Shown here one piece after another: positions 38,327 to 38,453 of a stretch of 38,453 bases of DNA. Made by a program: the position numbers and the translations under genes. The stretch covers positions 1 through 38,453 of the forward strand of contig JBFIDQ010000003.1 in NCBI GenBank assembly GCA_041603795.1, given 5' to 3'. The DNA is from Chlamydiales bacterium (lineage in GTDB: Bacteria; Chlamydiota; Chlamydiia; Chlamydiales; JBFIDQ01). Each line of letters starts with the position of its first letter. Positions within the stretch are counted from its first letter, which is position 1. The notes under the pieces are model-generated. The model was not told the origin of the DNA, ran no database searches, and saw only the letters and a list, made by a program, of their open reading frames with translations.

Positions 38327-38453
38327 ATCGGGTAGGAGAGGAGCCTCCCGGCCCCTCGTCCCCCCACACCACCGGGCATACGGATCCGTACCACGGCGGT
38401 TCCTAAACAGCAGCGTTCATAGCCACCGCCCTTGATTTGGACGACTTGTATTG
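38327..38453 (-). mobile_element. 3' end of a group II intron (class C-like): end of intron ORF, domains V and VI
   Basis: Minus strand reads ...GCTGTT-TAG-GAACCGCCGTGGTACGGATCCGTATGCCCGGTGGTGTGGGGG...CTCCTACCCGAT: a short DV with CGC triad and a canonical AY terminus. Confidence 0.88.

Overview
This looks like chromosomal DNA from an environmental member of the phylum Chlamydiota. The basis is a TopA with a C-terminal SWIB domain and a type III secretion sctQ/cdsQ locus next to a pkn5-like kinase. In order, the window holds: (1) sctQ split by a single in-frame TAA, then a kinase with a degenerate PP2C domain; (2) an ATPase/PD-(D/E)XK gene whose promoter sits in an array of three phased 37-bp palindromes; (3) topA-dprA-aroB and a small TPR gene; (4) a CusCBA-type heavy-metal RND operon; (5) a 127-bp-arm REP/REPIN-like inverted repeat; (6) a class I aldolase; (7) a PEP-CTERM protein heading an exopolysaccharide locus (Wzy/ligase, Wzc-like, two Wza/SLBB, two GT4, and later a phosphodiesterase, a metallophosphoesterase and a WecG-STAS fusion); (8) an opposite-strand cassette interrupting that locus, made of a signal-peptide Rhs protein with a lipase-like tip, an immunity gene, an unannotated orphan toxin-tip remnant and a second immunity gene; (9) the 3' end of a class C group II intron at the window edge. 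All calls come from reading motifs by eye; no database searches were run.
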